From the NCBI GenBank assembly GCA_034927165.1, contig JAYFQJ010000030.1, positions 1-59,443 of the forward strand: DNA of 59,443 nucleotides. Reading direction: 5' to 3'. Below, piece by piece: positions 47,470 through 57,018 of the stretch (position 1 is its first letter; every line of letters starts with the position of its first letter). Position numbers and translations under genes: made by a program. The stretch comes from Oscillospiraceae bacterium (GTDB taxonomy: Bacteria > Bacillota > Clostridia > Oscillospirales > Ruminococcaceae). A model generated the notes under the pieces. The model made no database searches, was not told the origin of the DNA, and saw nothing but the letters and a program-made list of their open reading frames with translations.

Positions 47470-47670
47470 TTACATCTCGTGTTCCTCGTTCCAGCGGCGC
47501 ATAGCCTCGACGTCGGCCCTGCTGACGCCTTCCGCGGGGTCGTCCGCCGGGGTGAGAATGCCGGGCGGCACGATCTGGCTTTCGGGGATGACCGGCAGCT
47601 CCTCCACGAGCCGCTGCCCCTCGCCGGCGGGGATGGTGCGCCGGCGTGATTTCTTCTTGTTTTCAGACAT
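47470..47670 (-). CDS. Small hypothetical protein (66 aa)
   Basis: Strong AAGGAGGG RBS 7 nt before the ATG at 47670. Basic N-terminus and acidic C-terminus. I recognise no family. Confidence 0.45.
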   Translation of the reverse strand: MSENKKKSRRRTIPAGEGQRLVEELPVIPESQIVPPGILTPADDPAEGVSRADVEAMRRWNEEHEM

Positions 47671-47727
47671 AAAACTGCCCTCCTTTACGCGCATAGTATG
47701 CCCGCAAAGGAGGGCGTGATTCCGATG

Positions 47728-48132
47728 TCAGCAGTCAAAAATATTTTTGGCGCTGTTTTCCGGGAGCTCCGGAGCGGGGGCCGCCGTACCCTCTGCGGGC
47801 GCAGGGCTGTCCGGATTTTCATCCGACGCATCGGCGTCCGCCGTCGGGATATCCCCACGCTCCTTTGTGTCCTCGGCGTCGAGATAAAAATTCCGCTTGC
47901 GGGCGGTTGCCTCCTCCTGCGCCTGCAGCTTTTCCTCCTCCCGTTTCGCCTTATCCTCCTTGCTCTGTATCCAACACTTTTTTCCGAAAATGACGCCCAG
48001 CGGAACGAATGCGGCGCACATCGCCACGAGGATCCACTGCACGGTGTCAAAGGGCAGACCATGCTCCCAGAGCGATTTTATGGTCGTATAAAGGAAGTAA
48101 ACGATCAGAAGAAAGATCAAATATACACGCAT
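47728..48132 (-). CDS. Small membrane protein with a charged C-terminal tail
   Basis: Two TM helices followed by a Lys/Glu-rich coiled segment. GGAGA RBS before the ATG at 48132. Confidence 0.5.
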   Translation of the reverse strand: MRVYLIFLLIVYFLYTTIKSLWEHGLPFDTVQWILVAMCAAFVPLGVIFGKKCWIQSKEDKAKREEEKLQAQEEATARKRNFYLDAEDTKERGDIPTADADASDENPDSPAPAEGTAAPAPELPENSAKNIFDC

Positions 48133-48147
48133 TTTACATCTCCGCAA

Positions 48148-49449
48148 TTAATCGGCCGCGCCGTTTTTTGTACTCTTGAAATATTTTCTTCCCAGCAGCA
48201 GCGACACGCCGCCGGCAAAGAACAGGAGAATAACGCTGAGGATGCCCAGCGACGAGCGGTCTGTCATGGAGTAGACAAGCGAATACAGCGCCGGCCCGAT
48301 CACGCAGGAGAATTTCCCGAAAATATCGAGAAAACCGTAATACTCGTTGGAGCGCTCGGGCGGGATGATCTGCCCGAAGAAGGAGCGGGACAGCGCCTGG
48401 ATACCGCCCTGCACTGTGCCGACGAGCCCTGCGAGCACCCAAAACAGCACCGAGGAAAGCTGCTTTGCCGCCGCGACGTCGCCGCCGTGCAGTTGCGCTT
48501 GCTCAATATTGAAGCCCATGAAGAAGCCGAGGATCGTAATGACAAAATAGACGCCGACGGCAATGGAGATCATTTTGATCGCGCCCACCTTCTTGGACAG
48601 GTTGCCGAAAAGGATGGAGAAAGGCACGGCGACGATCTGCGTGACGAGCAGCGCGAGGATCATGCCGATGGTGCCGAGCTCCAGCGTTGTGCCGTAGTTG
48701 GTCGCGAGACTGATGATGGTATCGACGCCGTCGATGTAGAAGAAGTAGGCGAGGATAAAGAACAGGATCTTTTTGTCGCGGATGATGTCCTTAAAGGTGC
48801 GCAGGGCGTTGGAGAACGCCGCCTTCGCGAGCGCGGCGGGCGCTTCCTCGACGCTGTACACCTGCTTTACATTTTTGAGGAAGGGAATGCTGAACAGCGA
48901 CCACCACACGACGACGATCAAAATCGCGATTTTATAGGACAGGATGCTCATGTTCATGATCACCATGACGGCGATGGAGATGATGAAGGGGATGGTGCTG
49001 CCGCCGATGTAGCCCATCGCGTAGCCCCACGAGGAGACCTTGTCCATGCGCTCGGGCGTGGTCACGTCAGTCAGGAAGGAATCGTAAAACAAGCAGCTGC
49101 CGGAAAAGCCGATGCGGGAGATCACAAAGCCGACGAGCATGAGCTTCCAGTTGTCTGTGAAGGCCATCGTCGCGGTGAAGACGACGCCGACGATCAGAAA
49201 ACCGGAGAAGAGCTTTTTTTTCATCCCGGTGAAGTCGCCGATGGCGCCCAGCAGCGGCGCAAGCAGCGCGACGACAAGGTTCGCCGCCGATACCGCAAAG
49301 CCATAGATCTTGTCGCCCGTTTCCGTCGCGACAAGCGCGAAATAGATCGGGAAGATGGCGGCCATGATGTTGGTCGCGTAGATGGAGTTGGCCCAGTCGT
49401 ACATGATCCAGCTCTTTTCCACTTTTGAGAAGCGCTTTTCTTTCTCCAT
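48148..49449 (-). CDS. MFS transporter (UMF1 family)
   Basis: The N-terminus SWIMYDWANSIYATNIMAAIFPIYF is typical of UMF1. About 12 TM helices. Confidence 0.85.
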   Translation of the reverse strand: MEKEKRFSKVEKSWIMYDWANSIYATNIMAAIFPIYFALVATETGDKIYGFAVSAANLVVALLAPLLGAIGDFTGMKKKLFSGFLIVGVVFTATMAFTDNWKLMLVGFVISRIGFSGSCLFYDSFLTDVTTPERMDKVSSWGYAMGYIGGSTIPFIISIAVMVIMNMSILSYKIAILIVVVWWSLFSIPFLKNVKQVYSVEEAPAALAKAAFSNALRTFKDIIRDKKILFFILAYFFYIDGVDTIISLATNYGTTLELGTIGMILALLVTQIVAVPFSILFGNLSKKVGAIKMISIAVGVYFVITILGFFMGFNIEQAQLHGGDVAAAKQLSSVLFWVLAGLVGTVQGGIQALSRSFFGQIIPPERSNEYYGFLDIFGKFSCVIGPALYSLVYSMTDRSSLGILSVILLFFAGGVSLLLGRKYFKSTKNGAAD

Positions 49450-49610
49450 GTTGAGACCCTTTCTTTTGAATTTTCAAACTTATTTTCATTGTGTCAAAAA
49501 CGGAGGGCAAAGTCAACAAGTTTGACTATTACGCCTAAAAAATATATGATATACATTAGAATCCGGCAAAGAATAACTTCCGGAAGAACGGCGGGAGGGC
49601 ACAGGACGCG

Positions 49611-50882
49611 ATGCGTAAAAAAATGTTGTGTGCGGCGGTGCTCGCCGCGCTGATGCTCTGTGCGGGCTGCGCCGATTTTTCGGTGGAGGACAAGCTCACG
49701 GCGCCCGCGCTGTCCGCAGACCAGAGCGCGGTGGAAGCCGCGCTCGGCAGTCTTGGGCAAAAGATCACGCTCATCTATCCGGCGTCCGGCGACCGGCGCA
49801 CGCCCGTCCAGTTTCTCGATCTTGACGGCGACGCGGACAACGAGGCGGTCGTTTTTTATCTGGACACCGAGCGGGAGACGGTCGCGCATATCGCCATTCT
49901 TGAGCGGGACCCTCAGGGGGAGTGGCAGATCATTAGCACCGCCGACGGCGCGGGCGAGGAGATCGAGAGCGTCAGCGTGCTGCGCGTGCGCACCGTCGGG
50001 CTGCGCGCCGTCCTTGTCGAGTGGAAAAGCGCCGGACAGAGCGAAAACACGCTGACCGTGTACCGGTACGACGGCGCGGCGCTCACAGACAGCTTCAGCG
50101 ATAAATGCCAGCAGTCGCTCGTCTATGATATCGACGGCGACGGCTATATGGAAATATGCTATCTGTACCGCTCCGGCATCTCGGAGCCGTACAATCTGTG
50201 CTGCGTTCAGCTCACCGAAACGGCGTACGCGCTTCTCGGCCGGGTCGAGCTCAGCGGGGACGCGATGGACTGTCTGAGCTTTATTGCCGGGCGCATCTCC
50301 TCAGGCAGCTACGCGGCTGTCATCGACGAGGACCTCGGAAACGGCTATATGCAGACGGAGATCTTTGTCGTCCGCGACGGTCAGCTGCAGCCGATGACCC
50401 TCGCGGACGGCACCTCCATCGAGGAGCTCACGCTGCGGCCGTCGAGCGCCCCGGTCTGTCGGGAGCTGTACCAGGACTCCTTCATCTACCTGCCCACGGT
50501 GCGCGAGCCGCAGACCGAGGTCCTGCAGCCGGACGCGTGGATCTACTGGTATCTTCTCGGCCCGGACGCCGCGCACTATTCGCGCGCAACGTATATTGAG
50601 ATCGGTTACAAGCTCGCGCTGAGCGTGCCGGACGCGTGGCTGGGCCATGTACTGATCTACCGCAGCGACAGCGAGCCGCGCCTCATCGAGGTGCAGGATC
50701 AGACGAGCGGCGAGGTGCTGCTGCGGTTGAAAATCCTCACGGCGGGCGAGGACGCGCGGCCCTATGGCGGCGACGGCTATTCGCAGATCGCGCAGTCGGG
50801 CGTGTACCGCTACTATTTGCAGACCGCCTGCTCCGAGGAGGAGCGGGATGCGATCATCAAAAACTTTATCGTACTTGGATAA
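49611..50882 (+). CDS. Lipoprotein of unknown function
   Basis: Lipobox LCAGC. Repeated D-x-D-G-D loops (LDLDGDADNE, DIDGDGYME) resemble FG-GAP/VCBS-like calcium loops. Confidence 0.7.
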   Translation: MRKKMLCAAVLAALMLCAGCADFSVEDKLTAPALSADQSAVEAALGSLGQKITLIYPASGDRRTPVQFLDLDGDADNEAVVFYLDTERETVAHIAILERDPQGEWQIISTADGAGEEIESVSVLRVRTVGLRAVLVEWKSAGQSENTLTVYRYDGAALTDSFSDKCQQSLVYDIDGDGYMEICYLYRSGISEPYNLCCVQLTETAYALLGRVELSGDAMDCLSFIAGRISSGSYAAVIDEDLGNGYMQTEIFVVRDGQLQPMTLADGTSIEELTLRPSSAPVCRELYQDSFIYLPTVREPQTEVLQPDAWIYWYLLGPDAAHYSRATYIEIGYKLALSVPDAWLGHVLIYRSDSEPRLIEVQDQTSGEVLLRLKILTAGEDARPYGGDGYSQIAQSGVYRYYLQTACSEEERDAIIKNFIVLG

Positions 50883-50894
50883 CGGAGGAAGCGC

Positions 50895-51587
50895 ATGAAA
50901 AAGGTGCTTGTCGTTGAAGATGAATATGCCATCCGCGATCTCGTCGTGCTGAATCTGCGTATGGCGGGGTACGAAGCCGTCGGCGCGGAGAGCGCCGAGA
51001 AGGCGATCGATCTCTATCGCGCCGATCCGGACAGCTTCGATCTCGCACTGCTCGATATCATGCTGCCGGGGGTCAGCGGACTCGCGCTTTGCGAAACGCT
51101 GCGTCGGGAGAACGAGCGCATCGGGATCATTATGCTGACCGCGAAAACGCAGGAGCAGGATAAGATCGAGGGTCTCGCGACGGGCGCGGACGACTATGTG
51201 ACCAAGCCGTTCAGCATCGGCGAGCTGCTCGCGCGCGTCGATGCGGTTTATCGCCGCACACAGCGCAGCGCGAAGAAAAGCGGGGCGAACAAGCTGATAA
51301 GCGGCGATTTTGTGCTCGACACCGCGTCGCGCGTGCTGACAAAGCGCGGTGACGCGGTGGACCTCACGCAGGTCGAGTATCTGCTCATGGAGCTGTTTAT
51401 GAAGAACTCAGGCGTTGCGATGGATCGGGAAAAGATCCTGCGCGAGGTTTGGGGAAAGGGCTATTACGGCGACATAAAGATCGTAGACGTCAATATCTGC
51501 CGTCTTCGCAACAAGATAGAGGACGACACCAACAATCCCGCACATATCCTGACGGTGTGGGGCTACGGCTATCGGTTCGTCGAGTAA
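50895..51587 (+). CDS. OmpR-family response regulator
   Basis: Receiver domain (VLVVEDE...LLDIMLPG) plus a winged-helix C-terminus (...VWGYGYRFV). Confidence 0.92.
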   Translation: MKKVLVVEDEYAIRDLVVLNLRMAGYEAVGAESAEKAIDLYRADPDSFDLALLDIMLPGVSGLALCETLRRENERIGIIMLTAKTQEQDKIEGLATGADDYVTKPFSIGELLARVDAVYRRTQRSAKKSGANKLISGDFVLDTASRVLTKRGDAVDLTQVEYLLMELFMKNSGVAMDREKILREVWGKGYYGDIKIVDVNICRLRNKIEDDTNNPAHILTVWGYGYRFVE

Positions 51588-51590
51588 GCG

Positions 51591-53042
51591 ATGGAGAAAA
51601 AGAGCAAAAAAAAAGCCGCGGCCCGCAGCATCACCCGGCGGTGGGCGCTGGTCAGTCTGCTGTCCACCGTTGTGATCCTGCTGGTCGCGTCGATCACGAT
51701 CGTGATCTCCGTGCGCAACAACTACAATCTGACCGCGCAGCAGATATTGCAGTTCAAGGCGAAATCCCTGATGAACACGCTGCCCGCCGCGACCTCGGCG
51801 AGCTCGACCGAGCGTGCCGACGCAGCCGTGGGGCTCGTGGAGGGGTTTGCCGAAAAAGATAAATATGAGCTGATGCTCATCGACAGCACGGGAAAGGTCA
51901 TCGTTACTTCCTCCGGCTTCGCGTGGGGATCGGAAGAGCCGCTCGACGACTATGCGGCGGCGCTCGGCAGCGAATCGGGCCAGGGGACTTACTTCGGCCG
52001 CACAACGAACGACGAGCACATCATCGCCGTCACGCAGATCATCACGAGCGGCTATGCGGGCGACATCGTCGCCCTGCGGCTGGTCAGCTCTCTTGCGGGC
52101 GTGGATGCGCAGCTCGCGGCGACTGCTAACCTCGTTTTCTGGGTGTGCATCGTCATTCTCGGCTTTGTGATCTTTTCAGGCACCTATTTCATCCGCTCCA
52201 TCGTGCTGCCCATCCGCAGCATCGGCGCGTCCGCGCGGCGCATCGCCGGCGGCGATTACGAGGCGCGCGTTGAAAACAAATACAACGATGAGATCGGCGA
52301 GCTGTGCGATATTGTCAACGATATGGCTGTCGGGCTTTCCAAGACAGACAGAATGAAAAATGAGTTTATCTCGAGCGTCTCGCACGAACTGCGAACGCCG
52401 CTCACGTCCATCAAGGGCTGGGGCGAGACGCTCGTAAACATCGGCACAAAGGATGAGGAAAACTTTCAAAAGGGAATGCGCATCATCCTCAGCGAGACGG
52501 ACAGACTTTCCTGTCTTGTCGAGGACCTGCTGGATTTCTCACGTCTGCAGACGGGCCGCATCGAGCTCAATACCGCGTCGGTCGACCTGAAAAAGGAGCT
52601 CGGCGAGGCGGTTTCGACCATCGAGCAGCGCGCGGTGCGCGCGGGCATCACCTTTGACGTGCACTTGCCCGACGGTCCCGTGACGCTCACCGCGGACAAA
52701 AACCGTCTGCGGCAGGTGTTCGCAAATCTCTTTGACAACGCGATCAAATATTCCAATCCCGGCGGCAGCATCACGGTGCGCCTGACGGCGGACGCCGTAG
52801 CGCGCGTGACCGTGACGGATACCGGCGCGGGCATCCCGCCGGATGCGCTGCCGCGTGTGACTGAGCGCTTTTATAAAGCGGGCAACGCCGTGACCGGCTC
52901 CGGCATCGGTCTCGCGGTCGTCAAGGAGATCATGGCGCTGCACGGCGGCGCGCTCGACATACAAAGCGAGCTCGGCCGTGGGACCACGGTTGAACTGACC
53001 TTTCCGCTGCGCGCGGACGCGCGGCAGAGCATAAAGGAGTAA
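51591..53042 (+). CDS. Sensor histidine kinase
   Basis: Two TM segments and a HAMP domain. H-box SHELRTPLTSIKGW, N-box FDNAIKYS, G-boxes DTGAGI and GSGIGLAVV. Confidence 0.92.
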   Translation: MEKKSKKKAAARSITRRWALVSLLSTVVILLVASITIVISVRNNYNLTAQQILQFKAKSLMNTLPAATSASSTERADAAVGLVEGFAEKDKYELMLIDSTGKVIVTSSGFAWGSEEPLDDYAAALGSESGQGTYFGRTTNDEHIIAVTQIITSGYAGDIVALRLVSSLAGVDAQLAATANLVFWVCIVILGFVIFSGTYFIRSIVLPIRSIGASARRIAGGDYEARVENKYNDEIGELCDIVNDMAVGLSKTDRMKNEFISSVSHELRTPLTSIKGWGETLVNIGTKDEENFQKGMRIILSETDRLSCLVEDLLDFSRLQTGRIELNTASVDLKKELGEAVSTIEQRAVRAGITFDVHLPDGPVTLTADKNRLRQVFANLFDNAIKYSNPGGSITVRLTADAVARVTVTDTGAGIPPDALPRVTERFYKAGNAVTGSGIGLAVVKEIMALHGGALDIQSELGRGTTVELTFPLRADARQSIKE

Positions 53043-53044
53043 GC

Positions 53045-53965
53045 ATGGCAAAAGAAGCATTCAAGACCTCTGTCGGAGGACAGGCCATCATCGAGGGCAT
53101 CGTCATGAAGGGCCCGGAAAAGACCTGCATGGCGGTGCGCCGTCCGAACGGAGAGATCACCGCAGAGGTGTATGATACACGCAAAAATCCCCTGCGGAAG
53201 ATCCCGATCCTGCGCGGCGCGGCGGCGATGATCCTCAATCTCGTCGACGGCTATAAGAGCATCATGCGGTCCTCGGATATCGCATTCCCGGACGGCGAGG
53301 GCGACGACGCGCTCGACCGGTTTCTGAAGAAAAAATTCGGCGCAAGGGCGGGCGAAACGCTCGGCGTCATCGCTGCGATGCTCGGTATGCTGCTCGCAGT
53401 GCTGCTGTTCATCCTGCTGCCGACCTTTCTGACGGGCCGGCTGGCCAACGTCGTCGCGCTCGGCGGCTGGCGCTCGGCGGTGGAGGGCGCGTTCAAGATC
53501 GCCATATTCCTCCTGTACCTTTTCGCCGTCACGCGGCAGAAGGACATTCGCCGCGTATTTGAATACCATGGCGCGGAGCACAAGTCCATCGCCTGCTACG
53601 AGCACGGCGAAGCGCTCGCCGTGGAGAACGTTCGCAAGTATTCCCGTTTTCATCCCCGCTGCGGGACAAGCTTTTTGTTCATCGTGATCCTCATCAGCAT
53701 TCTTGTCGGCGCGTTCATCCCCTTCACGGGTACTGCGCTGCGCGCGCTTGCAAAGCTGCTGCTGCTGCCGCTCATCATGGGCATATCCTACAAGATCATC
53801 AAGTATGCCGGCGCGCACGACAACGCGCTGTGCCGTGTGCTCTCCGCGCCCGGCCTCTGGATCCAACGCCTGACCGCCTTTGAGCCGGACGACAGCATGA
53901 TCGAAGTCGCGCTCACGGCGCTCAAGGCCGTCATCCCCGAGAACGCGGAGGAGGCACGGTGGTAG
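53045..53965 (+). CDS. DUF1385 (YqhQ-like) membrane protein
   Basis: VGGQAIIEGIVMKGP N-terminus and EYHGAEHK motif. Confidence 0.85.
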   Translation: MAKEAFKTSVGGQAIIEGIVMKGPEKTCMAVRRPNGEITAEVYDTRKNPLRKIPILRGAAAMILNLVDGYKSIMRSSDIAFPDGEGDDALDRFLKKKFGARAGETLGVIAAMLGMLLAVLLFILLPTFLTGRLANVVALGGWRSAVEGAFKIAIFLLYLFAVTRQKDIRRVFEYHGAEHKSIACYEHGEALAVENVRKYSRFHPRCGTSFLFIVILISILVGAFIPFTGTALRALAKLLLLPLIMGISYKIIKYAGAHDNALCRVLSAPGLWIQRLTAFEPDDSMIEVALTALKAVIPENAEEARW

Positions 53966-54807
53966 ACGCGCGGGCGCTGTTCGCGGACGCAAAAAAGAGA
54001 CTGGAGGCTGCGGGCCTGTCCGGCGCGAACGAGCTGAATGTCCTGTTTGAGACGGCGTGCGGTATGCGCTACCCCGAGGCTGCTGCGGCGGGCGGCGTCA
54101 GCGGCGAACAAGCGGCTCGCTTCGACGCGCTGCTCGCGCGGCGCCTTTCGGGCGAGCCGCTGCAATACATCGCGGGAGCATGGCCGTTTCTCGATTTCGA
54201 GCTGCTCGTCGGCCCCGGCGTGCTCGTCCCGCGCGACGAGACGGAGCTCGCCGTGCGCACTGCGCTGGAGCTGCTGCGCGGTGCCGAAGCGCCGCGTGTG
54301 CTGGATCTATGTGCGGGCAGCGGCTGTATTGCATTCGCGCTGAAGCGCGCTTGCCCCGGCGCCGCCGTCACGGCGGTGGAGCGCTCCGCAGACGCGCTCG
54401 GCTGGCTTGAGCGCAACAAGGTGCGCCTTGGCTGCGCTGTCGACGCGATGCAGGCGGATGTTTTTGGATATGAGACCGTTTTATCGGACAACAAATATGA
54501 TATGATCGTATCCAATCCCCCGTATGTCACGTCCGCGGAGTATGCGGACAATCTGTCGGAGCTTCGCTGCGAGCCGCCCGAGGCCTTCCTCGGCGGCGCG
54601 GACGGGCTGGACTTTTACCGCTATATCATCCCGCATTACCGCTCGAAGCTTCGCCCCGGCGGCGGCATGGTCTTTGAGATCGGCGCGGGGCAGGCGGCGG
54701 CGGTGGAAGCGTTGTTTGCCCAAAGCGGCTACGCCGGGATCAAAACGCGCGGCGATATGTACGGACAGCCGCGCGTCGTCAGCGCAAAAAGATTGAAAAC
54801 CGTATAA
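53959..54807 (+). CDS. prmC: Release-factor glutamine N5-methyltransferase
   Basis: EPLQYI, SAM-binding LDLCAGSGCI, and catalytic NPPY. Confidence 0.9.
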   Translation: MVDARALFADAKKRLEAAGLSGANELNVLFETACGMRYPEAAAAGGVSGEQAARFDALLARRLSGEPLQYIAGAWPFLDFELLVGPGVLVPRDETELAVRTALELLRGAEAPRVLDLCAGSGCIAFALKRACPGAAVTAVERSADALGWLERNKVRLGCAVDAMQADVFGYETVLSDNKYDMIVSNPPYVTSAEYADNLSELRCEPPEAFLGGADGLDFYRYIIPHYRSKLRPGGGMVFEIGAGQAAAVEALFAQSGYAGIKTRGDMYGQPRVVSAKRLKTV

Positions 54808-54841
54808 TTTTATAGTATAATGAAGAAAGAACAAAAGTTCT
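54793..54841 (+). promoter_or_regulatory. recA promoter with LexA (Cheo) box
   Basis: TTGAAA (54793-54798), 17 nt, then TATAAT (54816-54821). The box AGAACAAAAGTTCT lies at 54828-54841. Confidence 0.75.
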
Positions 54842-54861
54842 TTTTTTAAAGGAGAATAACT

Positions 54862-55950
54862 ATGGCGACAGACAAGAAAGCGGCCCTCGACACGGCGCTC
54901 GCGCAGATCGAAAAGCAGTTCGGCAAGGGCGCGGTCATGAAGCTCGGCCAGAACGTCGCGATGAACGTCGAGGCGATCTCGACGGGTTCGCTGTCGCTGG
55001 ATATAGCGTTGGGTATCGGCGGCCTGCCGCGCGGCAGGATCGTCGAGATCTTCGGGCCGGAGAGCTCCGGTAAGACGACTGTCGCGCTGCACGTCGTCGC
55101 GGAAGCGCAGAAGGCGGGCGGCGACGCGGCGTTTATCGACGTCGAGCACGCGCTGGATCCCGTGTACGCGGCTGCGCTCGGCGTCAATATCGACAATCTG
55201 CTCGTATCCCAGCCGGACACGGGAGAGCAGGCGCTCGAGATAACGGAAGCGCTCGTGCGCTCGGGCGCGATCGACGTCATCGTCATCGACTCCGTCGCGG
55301 CGATGGTCACGAAGGCGGAGATCGAAGGCGAAATGGGCGACGCGCACGTCGGCACGCAGGCGCGGCTGATGTCGCAGGCGCTGCGCAAGCTGACGAGCGT
55401 CATCGGGAAATCCAACTGCGTCGCGATCTTCATCAACCAGCTGCGCGAAAAGATCGGCGTCATGTACGGAAATCCCGAGACGACGCCGGGCGGCCGCGCG
55501 CTCAAGTTCTATTCCTCCGTGCGGCTGGACATCCGCCGCATCGAATCAATCAAGGTCGGCGGCGAGGTCATCGGCAACCGCACGCGCGCGAAGGTCGTGA
55601 AGAACAAGGTCGCGCCGCCGTTCAAGGAGGGCGAATTCGACATCCTCTATGGCAAGGGCATCTCGAAAACGGGCGAGATCCTCGATCTCGCCGTCAAGCT
55701 CGACATCATCCAGAAATCGGGCGCGTGGTTCAACTACGGCGAGACGCGCCTTGGCCAGGGACGCGACAATGTCCGAAAATACATAGAGGATAACCCGGAT
55801 TTCGCTGCGGATATCGAAAAGCAGGTCCGCGCGCACGCCGACGATCTGCTGCACCCGAAGAAGGGGGCGGCCGGTAAGACGGCCGCCGCTGCCGAGCCGG
55901 TTCCGGTCATTATTTCTTCAGAGGATTCGATCGACATCGAAGTAGAATAA
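54862..55950 (+). CDS. recA: Recombinase RecA
   Basis: [12 protein letters not shown], and the Walker A motif GPESSGKTT. Confidence 0.98.
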   Translation: MATDKKAALDTALAQIEKQFGKGAVMKLGQNVAMNVEAISTGSLSLDIALGIGGLPRGRIVEIFGPESSGKTTVALHVVAEAQKAGGDAAFIDVEHALDPVYAAALGVNIDNLLVSQPDTGEQALEITEALVRSGAIDVIVIDSVAAMVTKAEIEGEMGDAHVGTQARLMSQALRKLTSVIGKSNCVAIFINQLREKIGVMYGNPETTPGGRALKFYSSVRLDIRRIESIKVGGEVIGNRTRAKVVKNKVAPPFKEGEFDILYGKGISKTGEILDLAVKLDIIQKSGAWFNYGETRLGQGRDNVRKYIEDNPDFAADIEKQVRAHADDLLHPKKGAAGKTAAAAEPVPVIISSEDSIDIEVE

Positions 55951-55952
55951 GC

Positions 55953-56600
55953 ATGGCGGACAGTGTTGAAATTACCGACATCACGATCACAAGGAAGGGC
56001 AGATATGCCCTTTTTTGTGATGGGGAGTTTGCCTTTTCGCTGGACGAGGAGACCTACTTAAAAAGCCATGTGCGCGTCGGCGCGCAGCTCACACCACAGG
56101 AGCTGACCTCGCTGCGCGCCGCGTCGGACTATTTTGCGGCAAAGAGCAAGGCGCTTGACTATCTCAGTTACCGCGACCATTCCGAAAAGGAACTGCGCGA
56201 CAAGCTCGCGCGGAAGTTCGATCCGGATACCGGCGCGCAGGCGGTCGCGCGTATGCGGGAGCTGGGGCTCGTGGACGACGCGGCGTTCGCCGAAAAGCTC
56301 GCGGAGGAGCTCATCGCGCGGAAATACTGCAGCAAGCGCGCCGCAGCCGCAAAGCTCCGCGAAAAGGGCGTCGACAAGGCGCTCATCGCCGAGACGCTCG
56401 CCGCCTATGACGATGACGAGCGACCGGTGATCCGCGCGGTCGTCGAGCGCAAGTATGCGCTCAAGCTGCGCGACCCTGCAAAGCGCGCGTCTGTGTTTGC
56501 GGCGCTCGCGCGGCTGGGCTTTCGCGGCGGCGACATCCGCGCGGTGTTCGGGGAGTACGGAGACGACGAGGACAGGCCCCTTTACGGGCCGATGGATTGA
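55953..56600 (+). CDS. recX: RecA regulator RecX
   Basis: Position directly after recA. Helical repeats with ...ALDYLSYRDHSEKELRDKL... Confidence 0.85.
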   Translation: MADSVEITDITITRKGRYALFCDGEFAFSLDEETYLKSHVRVGAQLTPQELTSLRAASDYFAAKSKALDYLSYRDHSEKELRDKLARKFDPDTGAQAVARMRELGLVDDAAFAEKLAEELIARKYCSKRAAAAKLREKGVDKALIAETLAAYDDDERPVIRAVVERKYALKLRDPAKRASVFAALARLGFRGGDIRAVFGEYGDDEDRPLYGPMD

Positions 56601-56663
56601 CGAGGCGGAAAACGCGGACAAAACGGGCGGACGCCAAGACGGAAAAGAGGTGTGCAGCCGATC

Positions 56664-56981
56664 ATGGGAACGGTCAAGGAGATCCTCGTTTCGGTGCTGA
56701 TCGAGGACTGGTATTACGGACTGGCGCTGGCGTTCATCGTCAGCTTTGTGTTTTTTGTGCTGTTGGAACAGATCGAAAAATCCCTTGGCAGACCGGCGGC
56801 GATCGCCCTCGGGGCGCTGGGGATCGGGCTGTACCTGTGGCTCGCCGTCGCCCTGTTCTCTGCGTATGCGCTGTTCTCGGTCGGGCTGATGCTTGTGGGC
56901 GCGCTGGTGCTCTATTTCGCTTACTTCGCTTACTTTTCAAAAGAAAAAACGAAGAAGAAGGAACCGCCCTCCGGGCAATAG
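56664..56981 (+). CDS. Small membrane protein, unknown function
   Basis: Three hydrophobic helices and a Lys-rich tail. The start is uncertain (GTG 56652 or ATG 56664). Confidence 0.45.
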   Translation: MGTVKEILVSVLIEDWYYGLALAFIVSFVFFVLLEQIEKSLGRPAAIALGALGIGLYLWLAVALFSAYALFSVGLMLVGALVLYFAYFAYFSKEKTKKKEPPSGQ

Positions 56982-57018
56982 ACTGACAGATCCAAAAAAT
57001 TCAATACGGAGTATACGA

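Noticed and set aside
56917-56934. Short tandem repeat CGCTTACTT x2. I also made a general check for CRISPR-like or larger tandem arrays.
   Set aside because: This is a single 9-bp duplication inside a coding region (FAYFAY). I saw no repeat-spacer architecture anywhere in the window.
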